Positions 27,753 to 37,245 of a stretch of 48,415 nt of DNA are shown in pieces. A program made the translations under genes and the position numbers. Below the pieces are notes generated by a model, which ran no database searches, had not been told where the DNA came from, and saw nothing but the letters and a program-made list of their open reading frames with translations. Source of the DNA: a virus (Duplodnaviria > Caudoviricetes); IMG/VR virus record IMGVR_UViG_3300020045_010222, positions 1 through 48,415 of that record, one strand, 5' to 3'. Every line of letters begins with the position of its first letter. Position 1 is the first letter of the stretch.

Positions 27753-29813
27753 ATGAGCGAATATTCAGATTTAGCCAATAAAGTAGCGCAGTTAACGCAA
27801 AGACTTAACGATATTACAGTACAGGCACGTAAGATACCTGAATTGCCGGAACAAAATCCTTTAGTTCCATCATCTCAAATTCATGTGAATAATGCAGGAA
27901 CTTCTCAAAGAGTGGATATTCAGCAAATTATTGATGCTACTTTATCAATTAGAGATAATGAATTACTATCAATTGGTACAATTACAGTTTCTGGAAATGA
28001 TGTTTATATTCCTTCGGGTGCAACATGGCTTATAAACAATGTAATTTATTCAAATCCATCGAATATCACTATTAACGTACCTTATGCGTCACCAGGAAAT
28101 GCACGAATAGATATTTTAGTAGCTGATACAAATAATTTAATATATAGAGTAAATGGACCTGAAGGTCCGGGTGTTTCTCCTACTCCAAGCGTACCGTTAA
28201 ACACAGTTTTAGTAACCGCTATTAATGTAACTGACGCAACTATTGGTTATACGCCACCTATTATAGGTACATATGATTTTATTAAGTCAAATGAATCCTT
28301 AAATTTAGCAAAAAGGAGATCTAATGTTCTTTATGGAATATTAGATCAGTATACAGGGGAAGAAATGACATTGATAAAGATAAACTATACTCCATATTTA
28401 GTAGATGGAATAATTTATTTTGTTTTAGGATCAGAGTATTTCAAAAGGGTTTATTCAGACTACGTTAATGTAAAATGGTGGGGCGCTATAGGTGACAACG
28501 AAACAGATAATCAAATTTATTTATCAAAAGCAATAGATTTTATTATTGATGAAAGAGGCGGGAAAATATTTATACCATCAGATGGTATTTATATTACAAG
28601 TCCTGTGGTAGTGCCTATGTGTACTTTATTAGACGGAATCATAATTCCTATTGAAATTATTGGACAGACTTCGCCTAGTCAATTATTTGGAACTGCAGGA
28701 ACTTTACCTCCATTGGGTCAAGCCGGATCTGTTATAAAGTGTTTAGATACTAATCTAAATTCTAGTATTATATCTACTATTGCCGATTCTTCAGATCCTT
28801 TCGGTTTTTCTGCAATAAACCTAATAATTAGAAATATTGAATTTAGAACTTATCCAAATCCATTGATAAACGCCATAAATGCAAATTATGCAATGCATTT
28901 TATATGCGAAAATGTTCAAGTGTCAACCGGACAATATTCTGTAGATTGTCAAGAGCCAACTCATAATGTTTCAGGTATTATTACGCCACACAAAAACAAC
29001 GGTGCTTTGATATCCTTAAGAAATATTTCTGTTAGCGGTTATTTTAACGGAATAATGGTAAATGAGCATACTGATGGCGATATATTAAATATTACTTGTT
29101 GCAAAAACGGACTTGTTTTTGAAGAGGCTTTTCACGCTTCAAGAATAGGAAGAGTAGGTTTGTATAGAAACACCTATAATGCTACTTGGAACGGAGTACA
29201 CGTTGTCCATATAGAACAATTTAATTTAGAACATGCTGACGGGTCAGAAGTAGGAACTCCTAAGCAATGGCAAATAACAATATATGATGTAGTAGATACT
29301 ACTCTAAAGGCTAGGGGGGAAATCGCTTGGACTTTAGTAATAGGTAATGTCGGAATAAGTCAAAATTTCCTTAAAAATGGTGGTCATTTAATAAAATATA
29401 CTAACTCTAATTTTTATCAACCGGAAACTCAGTCAGGATATTGGGGCGGGGCTTTTAGAATTAAAGCAGTTACAGGTGTAGATGGCAGCGCGCCTAGTAA
29501 TAGTAGGCCATGGGAATTTACAAACGACATAGCTGATTTTGGGAATTTAGAAATCAGAGTAGGTAATTCAAAAGAAGCAATAATTAATACTGACTTTACT
29601 ACAATTTTAAAATTGAGCAAGGAAGGTAAGGCGACTTTTTCAAGTACTGTTTCTGCTTCTGCAGCGGTAAATCAAAATGACCTAATAAGGCTAGATCAAT
29701 TATTAAACCCTGTGCTTAGTGAATACTTAACTAATGCGGATGCTATTTTAGGAGGTTTGCCCGTTGGAAGAATTTATAAAACGCCAACAGGAGAAATAAG
29801 AATTGTGGTATAA
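27753..29813 (+). CDS. Tailspike / receptor-binding protein with pectin-lyase-like beta-helix (putative depolymerase)
   Basis: YVNVKWWGAIGDNETDN...AID...GGKIFIPSDGIY beta-helix cap; last tail gene before lysis cassette. Confidence 0.8.
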   Translation: MSEYSDLANKVAQLTQRLNDITVQARKIPELPEQNPLVPSSQIHVNNAGTSQRVDIQQIIDATLSIRDNELLSIGTITVSGNDVYIPSGATWLINNVIYSNPSNITINVPYASPGNARIDILVADTNNLIYRVNGPEGPGVSPTPSVPLNTVLVTAINVTDATIGYTPPIIGTYDFIKSNESLNLAKRRSNVLYGILDQYTGEEMTLIKINYTPYLVDGIIYFVLGSEYFKRVYSDYVNVKWWGAIGDNETDNQIYLSKAIDFIIDERGGKIFIPSDGIYITSPVVVPMCTLLDGIIIPIEIIGQTSPSQLFGTAGTLPPLGQAGSVIKCLDTNLNSSIISTIADSSDPFGFSAINLIIRNIEFRTYPNPLINAINANYAMHFICENVQVSTGQYSVDCQEPTHNVSGIITPHKNNGALISLRNISVSGYFNGIMVNEHTDGDILNITCCKNGLVFEEAFHASRIGRVGLYRNTYNATWNGVHVVHIEQFNLEHADGSEVGTPKQWQITIYDVVDTTLKARGEIAWTLVIGNVGISQNFLKNGGHLIKYTNSNFYQPETQSGYWGGAFRIKAVTGVDGSAPSNSRPWEFTNDIADFGNLEIRVGNSKEAIINTDFTTILKLSKEGKATFSSTVSASAAVNQNDLIRLDQLLNPVLSEYLTNADAILGGLPVGRIYKTPTGEIRIVV

Positions 29814-29831
29814 TATTAAAATAAAATAAAC

Positions 29832-30200
29832 ATGAAAACATTCTTATTAGAATTATTCGGCGTCGTAGATTTACCAAGTTATTTAGCTTGGTTAATATTG
29901 TCAATTATTGGAGCTATTACGGCAACTTTAATTAGAAACCACTTAACAACATTAAAAAGCTTCCCTATAAATCCTGTTCAATTACTTACAGGGATTTTAA
30001 TTACATTTGTGTTTATAAGGTTCTCATTAGAATTAACCGGATTAACACCTAATGCATTCGGAGCTTTTTTAATCGGACTTGGAGGGAATGAAATTGCATT
30101 AGGATTATTGAAACGATTTTTAGAGAAAAAGAAATTAGAAGCTTATTCGGATGATGGTCCAGGAGGTTCAAATCCACCACCTGATCCGGACGATAAATAA
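29832..30200 (+). CDS. Holin-like membrane protein
   Basis: About 3 TM helices, charged Pro-rich tail; lysis cassette. Confidence 0.6.
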   Translation: MKTFLLELFGVVDLPSYLAWLILSIIGAITATLIRNHLTTLKSFPINPVQLLTGILITFVFIRFSLELTGLTPNAFGAFLIGLGGNEIALGLLKRFLEKKKLEAYSDDGPGGSNPPPDPDDK

Positions 30201-30207
30201 AAACACC

Positions 30208-30561
30208 ATGCAACCAAAACACGTTTTGTTAATTTTACTCATCCCTTTATCAGAAATCAAGGCTATATTTTACAATATAGACATGAAAGTGTCTTGGTAT
30301 TTGTTTTCAGATCACAAAAGGCAATTATGTATGGTTGTAGAAGATTATTGCAACATAATTATATTTGGTGTAGTTTTTTGGTATTTGTATGTGGCATACA
30401 AAGGTAAAATAATGGGTCATATTGCTTTATTTTTATTTGTTTTAAACGCATTAGATTTTATTCATTTAGGGCTTTACGATATGGAGGGTTTTATAATAGC
30501 TAAGATTATATTAGCATATGGCATTTACAGATTATGGTTAAAATTAAAAGTTTCTTATTAG
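30208..30561 (+). CDS. Multi-pass membrane protein (lysis cassette)
   Basis: Hydrophobic; start moved to 30208 (MQPKH). Confidence 0.65.
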   Translation: MQPKHVLLILLIPLSEIKAIFYNIDMKVSWYLFSDHKRQLCMVVEDYCNIIIFGVVFWYLYVAYKGKIMGHIALFLFVLNALDFIHLGLYDMEGFIIAKIILAYGIYRLWLKLKVSY

Positions 30562-30860
30562 GTTTAGATTGGATATTTCTTAGTGTAAGCGGATATTCTT
30601 TTATAGATATAGCCAGTACAGTAGTTGCCGGTAACTTAGCCATGTCTAGTTTTGAAAACTTTATTAAATTGCTTTTATCAATGGCGGGATTTGTTTATTT
30701 ATGCGCTCGTACTTATCACTTTATAATGAAATCAAGTATTGAAAGAGAACTATTAAGAGAAGATGTTATTGCTAAACAAAACGAAAACCATAAAAATAAT
30801 ACTTTTAAATATTTAAAAGATAAATTAACAGATGAAAATCACGAAAATTTAAAACCATGA
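30534..30860 (+). CDS. Holin/antiholin-like membrane protein
   Basis: 1-2 TM helices plus charged C-terminus; ATGA overlap with endolysin. Confidence 0.55.
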   Translation: MVKIKSFLLGLDWIFLSVSGYSFIDIASTVVAGNLAMSSFENFIKLLLSMAGFVYLCARTYHFIMKSSIERELLREDVIAKQNENHKNNTFKYLKDKLTDENHENLKP

Positions 30861-31483
30861 TACTTAAAGATAAATACAAATCGCTATTAGATAAATACAA
30901 AGTGAATACTTTACTTCGTTTATCTCATTTTTTTTCACAAATTAAGCAAGAATCAGGATTAAAACCGATTAATGAAAGCCTTAATTACTCAGTTGAGGGA
31001 TTAATTAACGGGTTTGGCAGGCACAGAATAAGTATTGCAGATGCAAACAAATACGGACGTATTGATGGAAAACAAAAAGCAAATCAGGAAATGATTGCTA
31101 ATATTTTGTATGGGGGCGAATTTGGAAGAGTAAATTTAGGTAATACACAACATGGCGACGGATGGAAATACAGAGGAAGAGGATTTAAGCAAATCACCGG
31201 TCGTGCAAATTACGCCAAACTTTCAAAAGATACCGGTATTGATTATTTAAATAATCCTGATTTGCTTTTAAATGAAGCCGACGCAATGAATTCCGCTTTA
31301 TGGTTCTGGAACGATCGAAAATTAAATGATTTGGCAGATTTCACAGGATTAAAAGAAAACCCAAAAACCAATAAAAAAGAAGATGCAGTTATTTTAATTA
31401 CCCGTGTAATTAATGGTGGTGAAAAAGGATTGGACAAACGAAGACAATATTTCGAAGAATTTAAAAAAGAATTTGCATTATGA
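30857..31483 (+). CDS. Endolysin, glycoside hydrolase family 19
   Basis: HFFSQIKQESG, ESLNYS, GDGWKYRGRGFKQITGRANY, ITRVINGG. Confidence 0.95.
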   Translation: MILKDKYKSLLDKYKVNTLLRLSHFFSQIKQESGLKPINESLNYSVEGLINGFGRHRISIADANKYGRIDGKQKANQEMIANILYGGEFGRVNLGNTQHGDGWKYRGRGFKQITGRANYAKLSKDTGIDYLNNPDLLLNEADAMNSALWFWNDRKLNDLADFTGLKENPKTNKKEDAVILITRVINGGEKGLDKRRQYFEEFKKEFAL

Positions 31484-32046
31484 AAATAGATAAACCAACA
31501 TTATTATTTTCTCTTTATGGTATTATAATAATTTTTGCATTTTGTTTTGTTTCCTGCGGAGCGCGTAAAGTTTCTAAGCAATCATCTAAAGAAGAAACTA
31601 AAACGGAATCAATTGAGAATTCAACAATCGATAAACAAGTTGATACCAATGTAAAAACAACTACAACGGTAAAAATAGATGATAAAAACCAAACTGTTAC
31701 TGAAGAAACTATATTGGAACCGGCAAATTCATCAAAAGAATCGTTTGTAATAGAAAAAGACGGCACAAAGGTAATATTGAACAATGCAAAAAAGATTGTC
31801 CGTAAAACAACGCAAAATAACAATACAAAATCAGAAACGAATCAATATGTGGATTCTGTTCAAAAAGAAATTGAAAAAGAAAAAAAGGCAATTCAGAAAA
31901 AATATACAACCAAAAAAGAAATAACTAGTAAGCAAGTTGAAAAAAAACAGTTTAATTGGTTTTCGCTTTGGTGGTTATACCTAATAATTTTAGGTTTGCT
32001 ATATTTTTTTAGAAAAAGTATTCCTATTCTCAAACTCATACCTTAA
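31480..32046 (+). CDS. Spanin-like lipoprotein (unimolecular spanin topology)
   Basis: Lipobox FVSC, Thr-rich middle region, C-terminal TM helix; follows endolysin. Confidence 0.65.
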   Translation: MKIDKPTLLFSLYGIIIIFAFCFVSCGARKVSKQSSKEETKTESIENSTIDKQVDTNVKTTTTVKIDDKNQTVTEETILEPANSSKESFVIEKDGTKVILNNAKKIVRKTTQNNNTKSETNQYVDSVQKEIEKEKKAIQKKYTTKKEITSKQVEKKQFNWFSLWWLYLIILGLLYFFRKSIPILKLIP

Positions 32047-32072
32047 AACCTTTATTCTATAAGCAATAATAT

Positions 32073-32102
32073 AGCCTCGATTCAGAAATGTTTCGGGGCT
32101 TT
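32073..32102 (+). terminator. Terminator ending late transcription
   Basis: AGCCTCGA/TCGGGGCT plus T-rich tail. Confidence 0.65.
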
Positions 32103-32105
32103 ATT

Positions 32106-32188
32106 ATTTATAATCGCTATAAATAAGCATTTTTAACAAAAATAAATTGTATAAATAATACAACTAACATTTATTTTTTATACATTTG
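32106..32188 (+). promoter_or_regulatory. Early promoter: Fur-box-like copy 4 (32106-32124), operators 32148-32162 and 32170-32184, -7 TACATTTG
   Basis: ATTTATAATCGCTATAAAT; TGTATAAATAATACA; TTTATTTTTTATACA. Confidence 0.7.
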
Positions 32189-32224
32189 TCAGACAAAACA
32201 ATAAGAACTTAAAAATTAGAAATC

Positions 32225-32512
32225 ATGCAAGTAAATAAATCACAAATCATGTCAACAGCTTGGAAATTATTCAGAAAATATAATATCACATGGAGCCAAG
32301 CATTAATTAAAGCGTGGAATGATGTAAAAAGAGCTTTTTATGTTTCTGTTTACAATTCAATTCCTTCAAAAGCTCAGTTTGCTAAAAAGAAACTAGAGGC
32401 TAAAAAAATGTATGAATCATTCAATGTTTCTTTCGAATTGGTTTATAGAAATATTGAGAGAAACCAAAATGCTGCAGCTTATTACGATGGTAAAACCCTT
32501 AATTTAGATTGA
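32225..32512 (+). CDS. Early hypothetical protein
   Basis: IMSTAW.LF...SQALIKAW motif; first gene after early promoter. Confidence 0.75.
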   Translation: MQVNKSQIMSTAWKLFRKYNITWSQALIKAWNDVKRAFYVSVYNSIPSKAQFAKKKLEAKKMYESFNVSFELVYRNIERNQNAAAYYDGKTLNLD

Positions 32513-32513
32513 T

Positions 32514-32696
32514 ATGAAAGTAACTATAAATCACGAAACAACTTTTTCGAAATATGACAAAGTACAAATAGTTCAATTTTATCCTAATGTTTGTATGATC
32601 ATGTTTAATAATTACACCAGTGAAAAATACGCAAAAGACATGAAAGATAAATATTCAATCGGAATGTGGAAATTAAAAACAATTAAAAATCAATAA
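32514..32696 (+). CDS. Small hypothetical protein
   Basis: IGMWKLK C-terminus. Confidence 0.6.
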   Translation: MKVTINHETTFSKYDKVQIVQFYPNVCMIMFNNYTSEKYAKDMKDKYSIGMWKLKTIKNQ

Positions 32697-32698
32697 AA

Positions 32699-32932
32699 AT
32701 GAAAAAAGTAAACATTTTAAAAGACGAATGTCTTAATGCAGTAATGCGAAACGAATCTTTAAGATTACAAATTGCCGAGGCTTTGGGAATAAACCAAATT
32801 GGAAGCGTTAGAATGTTGGCGAGAAATGCGCTATTAAAACAAGATCGAAACAAAATTTATGATGCAGATTCTTTGGAATTGATAAAAAAATTCATGGGAT
32901 TCAAAACTCTAAAAGAAATGTATAAAAACTAA
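32699..32932 (+). CDS. Putative Cro-like HTH regulator
   Basis: LRLQIAEALGINQIGSVRMLAR helix-turn-helix-like segment; early operon. Confidence 0.5.
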   Translation: MKKVNILKDECLNAVMRNESLRLQIAEALGINQIGSVRMLARNALLKQDRNKIYDADSLELIKKFMGFKTLKEMYKN

Positions 32933-33083
32933 ATTATGAAAAAAAATATAAAAACATTTTTAATTGCATTGGTTATAAATGCCGTTGCTATTACAATACT
33001 ATCTTTATTTCATAAAGTAGATGCTTTATCGATATATACCGGAATGATTATAATTATTATTTTCGACTTTTTAATAAAGACTA

Positions 33084-33308
33084 ATGAAAGCTGAAATATT
33101 CATTCACTACGGATTTAGATTAAAACGTAAATCAAAGAAAGTTTACAGAAAATCTTTAAAGCAAGTTGTAAAAGCTAAACAGAATTTAATTTCCTGTATC
33201 AATACAACAACGCATTATTGTTCTGAAATAAATACTCAGGCAAAAGTTTTTAAAAATAATCTGAAAGATTTAAAACGATTTGAAAATGAAAATTCCAAAA
33301 GAACCTAG
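33084..33308 (+). CDS. Hypothetical protein
   Basis: Packed ORF. Confidence 0.55.
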   Translation: MKAEIFIHYGFRLKRKSKKVYRKSLKQVVKAKQNLISCINTTTHYCSEINTQAKVFKNNLKDLKRFENENSKRT

Positions 33309-33444
33309 AATATTGCCACGTGATTATTATCAAAAAGATCCTAAACAAGTTGAATTGCAAAGATTAATCGAAAATCATTATCCGGAGCAGGAAAAATACG
33401 AAACACTAGAATCAAAAATTAACGAAGAATAAATAGCAAAAATT

Positions 33445-34482
33445 ATGAGTACGGAAACACAAATTGTATTAAAGCAACAGCCAATTATTACACATCAATT
33501 ACAAGCTGCAGGGAAAAAAGTTCAGGAGCGTATTGATGAATTAGAATTAGATAAGCAAATCGTTACCGAAGAAAACGTAAAATCAATGAAAGTTCTTAAA
33601 GCTGAATTAAGCAAAGAATTCAAAGGCTACGAAGAACAAAGAGGAATGATTAAAAACGCTGTCAATAATCCTTACCAGGAATTTGAAGCGGTTTATAAAA
33701 CAGAAATTACCGAGCGTTATAAAAATGCTGAAATCTTACTAAAATCAAAAATTGATTCAGTAGAATATAAAATCAAAAAGGACAAAGAAAATAATGTTCG
33801 TGAATATTTTGATGAATTGGTTTTAGCTGAAAATATTGATTTCCTTAAATTCGAAAACCTCAACATTGAAATTAATCTTTCTACTTCGGAAAAGAAATAC
33901 AAAGAACAAGTTTATGATTTCATTGTTAAAGTAAATGATGATTTAGCATTGATTAAAACGACTGAATTTGAAGCTGAAATTTTAACAGAATACAGTAAAT
34001 CTTTAAATGTTTCCAATGCGATTACAAGCGTGAAAAACCGTAAAGAACAAGAGGCAGCAACTCAAGCCAGAATCAAAGCAGAACAACGCCAAAACCGTGA
34101 AACATACTTATCTAAATTGGGTCTAAATTACGTTGAAATCACTAATTCATGGGAGTATAATGCTGACATTTACGTATCTTTAAGCGATGTAATTAATTTA
34201 TCAAAAGAGCTTTTTACTGAGAAATACGAAGAATTAAAAGTTAAGATAAAAGCGCATGAAGATTCAATTGCTGTAGTTTTAGAAACCCCAACAAATGAAG
34301 ATAAAAAAGAAGTTTCTCAGCCTGTAAAACAAACGGTTTCTGCACCAATTTCAACTCCAAAGGTAGAAATACCTGCAGAAGAAATAAAAACAGCTTCGTT
34401 TCAGGTAAAAGCGCCAATGAGCAAATTAAGATTGTTGGGTGCATGGATGAAAGAAAACGGTATCGAATACAAAAATATTTAA
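33445..34482 (+). CDS. DUF1351-like coiled-coil protein
   Basis: VTEENVK..K..AEL.K...PY..FE pattern; upstream of RecT. Confidence 0.75.
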   Translation: MSTETQIVLKQQPIITHQLQAAGKKVQERIDELELDKQIVTEENVKSMKVLKAELSKEFKGYEEQRGMIKNAVNNPYQEFEAVYKTEITERYKNAEILLKSKIDSVEYKIKKDKENNVREYFDELVLAENIDFLKFENLNIEINLSTSEKKYKEQVYDFIVKVNDDLALIKTTEFEAEILTEYSKSLNVSNAITSVKNRKEQEAATQARIKAEQRQNRETYLSKLGLNYVEITNSWEYNADIYVSLSDVINLSKELFTEKYEELKVKIKAHEDSIAVVLETPTNEDKKEVSQPVKQTVSAPISTPKVEIPAEEIKTASFQVKAPMSKLRLLGAWMKENGIEYKNI

Positions 34483-34509
34483 TCATAAATTTTAAAACTA
34501 AATAATAAA

Positions 34510-35310
34510 ATGAGTACAGCAATAGCAAGTCAACAGCCAAAGAAAGTAACTTTAAGTAATTTTCTTAATTATCCAAATACACAAAAATTTCTTGAAGATA
34601 ACCTTAGAGAAAAAAGAAGTGAATTTGTAAGCAATCTTATCGCCCTTTCTGATGGAGATAAAAACATTGCGGAATGCGATCCAAGTAAATTAATGCTTTG
34701 TGCAATGAATGCAACTGCATTGAATTTGCCATTGAATAAAAATCTTGGTTATGCTTATATTATTCCGTATAAAGGTATTCCTAGCTTTCAAATCGGTTAC
34801 AAAGGATTAATTCAGCTTGCATTAAGAACCGGCCAATACAAATTTTTGAATGCTTGTGAGGTTCGTGAAGGGGAAATTGCCAGAAACAAATTTACAGGAG
34901 AAATTAAGTTTTTAGGAGAAAATGAAGATGCACCAATTATTGGGTATGTTGCATGTTTGGAACTTTTAACTGGGTTTCAGGCTTCTTTATATATGACTTT
35001 AAAAGACATTGAAGATCACGCTGTAAGATTCAGCAAAATGTATCAATCAGATAAGCAGTACAGCACCAAAAAAAGTAAATGGAGCGATCCGGAAGCAAGA
35101 CCAAAAATGTCTATAAAAACCGTTTTAAAAGGATTACTTGGTACTTACGGTATTTTGTCTACAGAATTGGTTAAAGCAATGGCTAATGATGATAATGATG
35201 AAAACGAAACCGTGCCAAGTGGCAGCCGTTCCGGAGGTGATTTTCAAGATGCTGAAATTGTTCAGGAAGATCCGGCAGAAGAACAAGAACCTGAAAAAGT
35301 TGAAATTTAA
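34510..35310 (+). CDS. recT: RecT-family single-strand annealing recombinase
   Basis: LNLPLNKNLGYAYIIPY...FQIGYKGLIQLALRTGQY...MSIKTVLK. Confidence 0.95.
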   Translation: MSTAIASQQPKKVTLSNFLNYPNTQKFLEDNLREKRSEFVSNLIALSDGDKNIAECDPSKLMLCAMNATALNLPLNKNLGYAYIIPYKGIPSFQIGYKGLIQLALRTGQYKFLNACEVREGEIARNKFTGEIKFLGENEDAPIIGYVACLELLTGFQASLYMTLKDIEDHAVRFSKMYQSDKQYSTKKSKWSDPEARPKMSIKTVLKGLLGTYGILSTELVKAMANDDNDENETVPSGSRSGGDFQDAEIVQEDPAEEQEPEKVEI

Positions 35311-35326
35311 TTCGTATATTTGAAAT

Positions 35327-35411
35327 TGACAAGTAAGGCGGTCATTTAAAATTTTATACTATGCGATCATCTAGGATGCCTTACTCCTTTTTGATCGCAT
35401 TTTTATTTATT
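35327..35411 (+). ncRNA. Kissing-loop leader RNA, copy A
   Basis: After TATATTTG (35315); TGAC-AAGTAAGGCG-GTCA hairpin; ATGCGATCA/TGATCGCAT hairpin with TGCCTTAC loop. Confidence 0.65.
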
Positions 35412-35978
35412 ATGGAAGAAGAAATAGAAGAATGGTTAGACATTAAAGGCTTTGAAGGGTTATATCAAATAAGTTCTTTTGGCAGACTTAAAAGCTTTAA
35501 AAAACATTCAGAAGGATATATTTTATCTAATGTAAATAAAACTGGATGGTATTTAAATGTGGTATTGTGCGGAATAGGAAAAAAAGACGAATCGCATAAA
35601 ATACATAGATTAGTTGGTAAATATTTTATTCCAAACCCCGATAATAAAAAATATATTAATCATAAAGATTTAAATAAGCAAAATAACCGCAAAAACAATT
35701 TGGAATGGAATACTTGTTCAGAAAATATAAATCATGCTATTAATTTAAATCCAAATATTTTAAAAGGTATAAATGATTATAATAGAAATAAAATAAAACC
35801 GATTGTCCAATATTCTTTAGATGGTGTATTGATAGAAGAACACGTAAGCGGTAAAGATGCGGCATTAAAAACAAAAGTATGTGAACGAAATATTTTTCAA
35901 GTAGCTTCTAAAACAGAATACAAACCAGGATTAACACGTAAACAAGCAGGAGGTTTTATATGGAAATACAAACAGTAA
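35412..35978 (+). CDS. NUMOD4-HNH homing endonuclease with NUMOD1-like C-terminus
   Basis: EEWLDIKGFEGLYQISSFGR, HRLV..YFIPNP, INHKD.NK.NN...NLEW, IVQYSLDG; start moved to 35412. Confidence 0.93.
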   Translation: MEEEIEEWLDIKGFEGLYQISSFGRLKSFKKHSEGYILSNVNKTGWYLNVVLCGIGKKDESHKIHRLVGKYFIPNPDNKKYINHKDLNKQNNRKNNLEWNTCSENINHAINLNPNILKGINDYNRNKIKPIVQYSLDGVLIEEHVSGKDAALKTKVCERNIFQVASKTEYKPGLTRKQAGGFIWKYKQ

Positions 35979-36613
35979 GTAAAGAAATATGCGAAATAAT
36001 CGGAACTGGCAGTTCCGGTAATGCCGTTTTATATCACCGTCAAATTTTAATTGATATTGGAGTTCCTTATTCAAAAATAGAACCATTTAAAAAAGAAATT
36101 CAATTAATCGCTTTAACTCATGAACATCTATCTGATCACCTAAATGTAGCAGCACTAAAGAAACTTTGTAAAGAACGTCCTTTAATCCGTGTTTGCTGCG
36201 GGCAATGGATGGTTAAGTATTTAGACGGAATAAAAAATGTTGATGTTTTAGAACCTGGATTAATTTACGATTATGGAAGTTTCAAATTATCTATTTTCAA
36301 GCTATTTCACGATGTTGAGAATTGTGGCTATCGTATTTTTAAAGGAAAACACAAATCTATTCATATAACAGATACGGCGCATGTTCAAGGGATTACCGCT
36401 TTAAACTATGACCTAATAGCTATAGAGCATAATTACTCAAATGAAGTAGTCGAAGAACGCATAAAAGAAAAGAGGCAAATAGGTGTATTTTGCTACGAAA
36501 TAGGTGCGATCAATTCACATTTATCCGAAGAACAAGCAAAAGAATTTATATTTAAAAATGCCGGTGAAAATACTCAAATATTACGATTACACGAAAGCTC
36601 AAATAACATTTAA
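35960..36613 (+). CDS. Metallo-beta-lactamase-fold hydrolase (YycJ/PhnP-like nuclease)
   Basis: [35 protein letters not shown]. Confidence 0.9.
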   Translation: MEIQTVSKEICEIIGTGSSGNAVLYHRQILIDIGVPYSKIEPFKKEIQLIALTHEHLSDHLNVAALKKLCKERPLIRVCCGQWMVKYLDGIKNVDVLEPGLIYDYGSFKLSIFKLFHDVENCGYRIFKGKHKSIHITDTAHVQGITALNYDLIAIEHNYSNEVVEERIKEKRQIGVFCYEIGAINSHLSEEQAKEFIFKNAGENTQILRLHESSNNI

Positions 36614-36629
36614 CTTAAAAACCAATTAT

Positions 36630-36872
36630 ATGAATATTACAGAACGACAAAAAAACGAGGTTAAAGAAATCATTGCTGACAAATTAGGATATGATTTTGA
36701 AGAGGTAAACTATTCAGACGATTTGAAAGATAATCTTTGTGCCGATAGTCTGGACACGGTTGAGTTAGTTATGGAAATGGAAAAGCATTTTGATATCGCT
36801 ATACCAGATGAAGAGGCCGACGAAATCAAAACTGTTCAAGATTTTTATCCCATAATTGACAGACTTTTATAA
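36630..36872 (+). CDS. acpP: Acyl carrier protein
   Basis: [10 protein letters not shown]...[34 protein letters not shown]; DSL attachment Ser; start moved to 36630 (80 aa). Confidence 0.95.
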   Translation: MNITERQKNEVKEIIADKLGYDFEEVNYSDDLKDNLCADSLDTVELVMEMEKHFDIAIPDEEADEIKTVQDFYPIIDRLL

Positions 36873-36874
36873 AA

Positions 36875-37111
36875 ATGAAGGATGCATTAGGAAATGAAAT
36901 TATAATTGGTAACACTTATGGTTTCGCAAGATGTGACAACGGTATAAACACTATTAAATTAGGTGTTGTAGCGGGTACTACTCCAAGCGGTTTTGCTTCA
37001 TTGAAAATTAACAATGCTTTTTCATCTGCTTATAACGATCAGCCCGTTTTACGTGATAATTTAGCTAACAAAAAAGTAAATGTTAAATCATTTATGCTTT
37101 TTCCAATTTAA
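36875..37111 (+). CDS. Hypothetical protein
   Basis: MKDALGNEIIIG N-terminus. Confidence 0.65.
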   Translation: MKDALGNEIIIGNTYGFARCDNGINTIKLGVVAGTTPSGFASLKINNAFSSAYNDQPVLRDNLANKKVNVKSFMLFPI

Positions 37112-37121
37112 AAACCTCAAC

Positions 37122-37150
37122 AATGCCGATTTAAACGATCGGCATTTATT
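37122..37150 (+). terminator. Hairpin / terminator
   Basis: AATGCCGAT/ATCGGCATT plus T-rich tail. Confidence 0.65.
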
Positions 37151-37212
37151 ATTTATATTCATTCTAAATTACTATCGAAATGTAAAAGCAATGTGTATTT
37201 TTTGTACATTTG
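37151..37212 (+). promoter_or_regulatory. Fur-box-like copy 5 (37151-37169), operator 37194-37208, -7 TACATTTG
   Basis: ATTTATATTCATTCTAAAT (16/19); TGTATTTTTTGTACA. Confidence 0.7.
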
Positions 37213-37245
37213 AAATATCAAAATAACAACTTTAAAAAAAGAATT

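Noticed and set aside
27753-29813. Diversity-generating retroelement or invertible tail-fibre system
   Set aside because: No reverse transcriptase, TR/VR pair, invertase or flanking inverted repeats recognised
35361-35411. N-terminal extension of the HNH ORF
   Set aside because: Coincides with the leader hairpin; NUMOD4 similarity starts at ATG 35412
36504-36629. N-terminal extension of ACP in the ORF track
   Set aside because: Overlaps the MBL gene; ACP similarity starts at 36630
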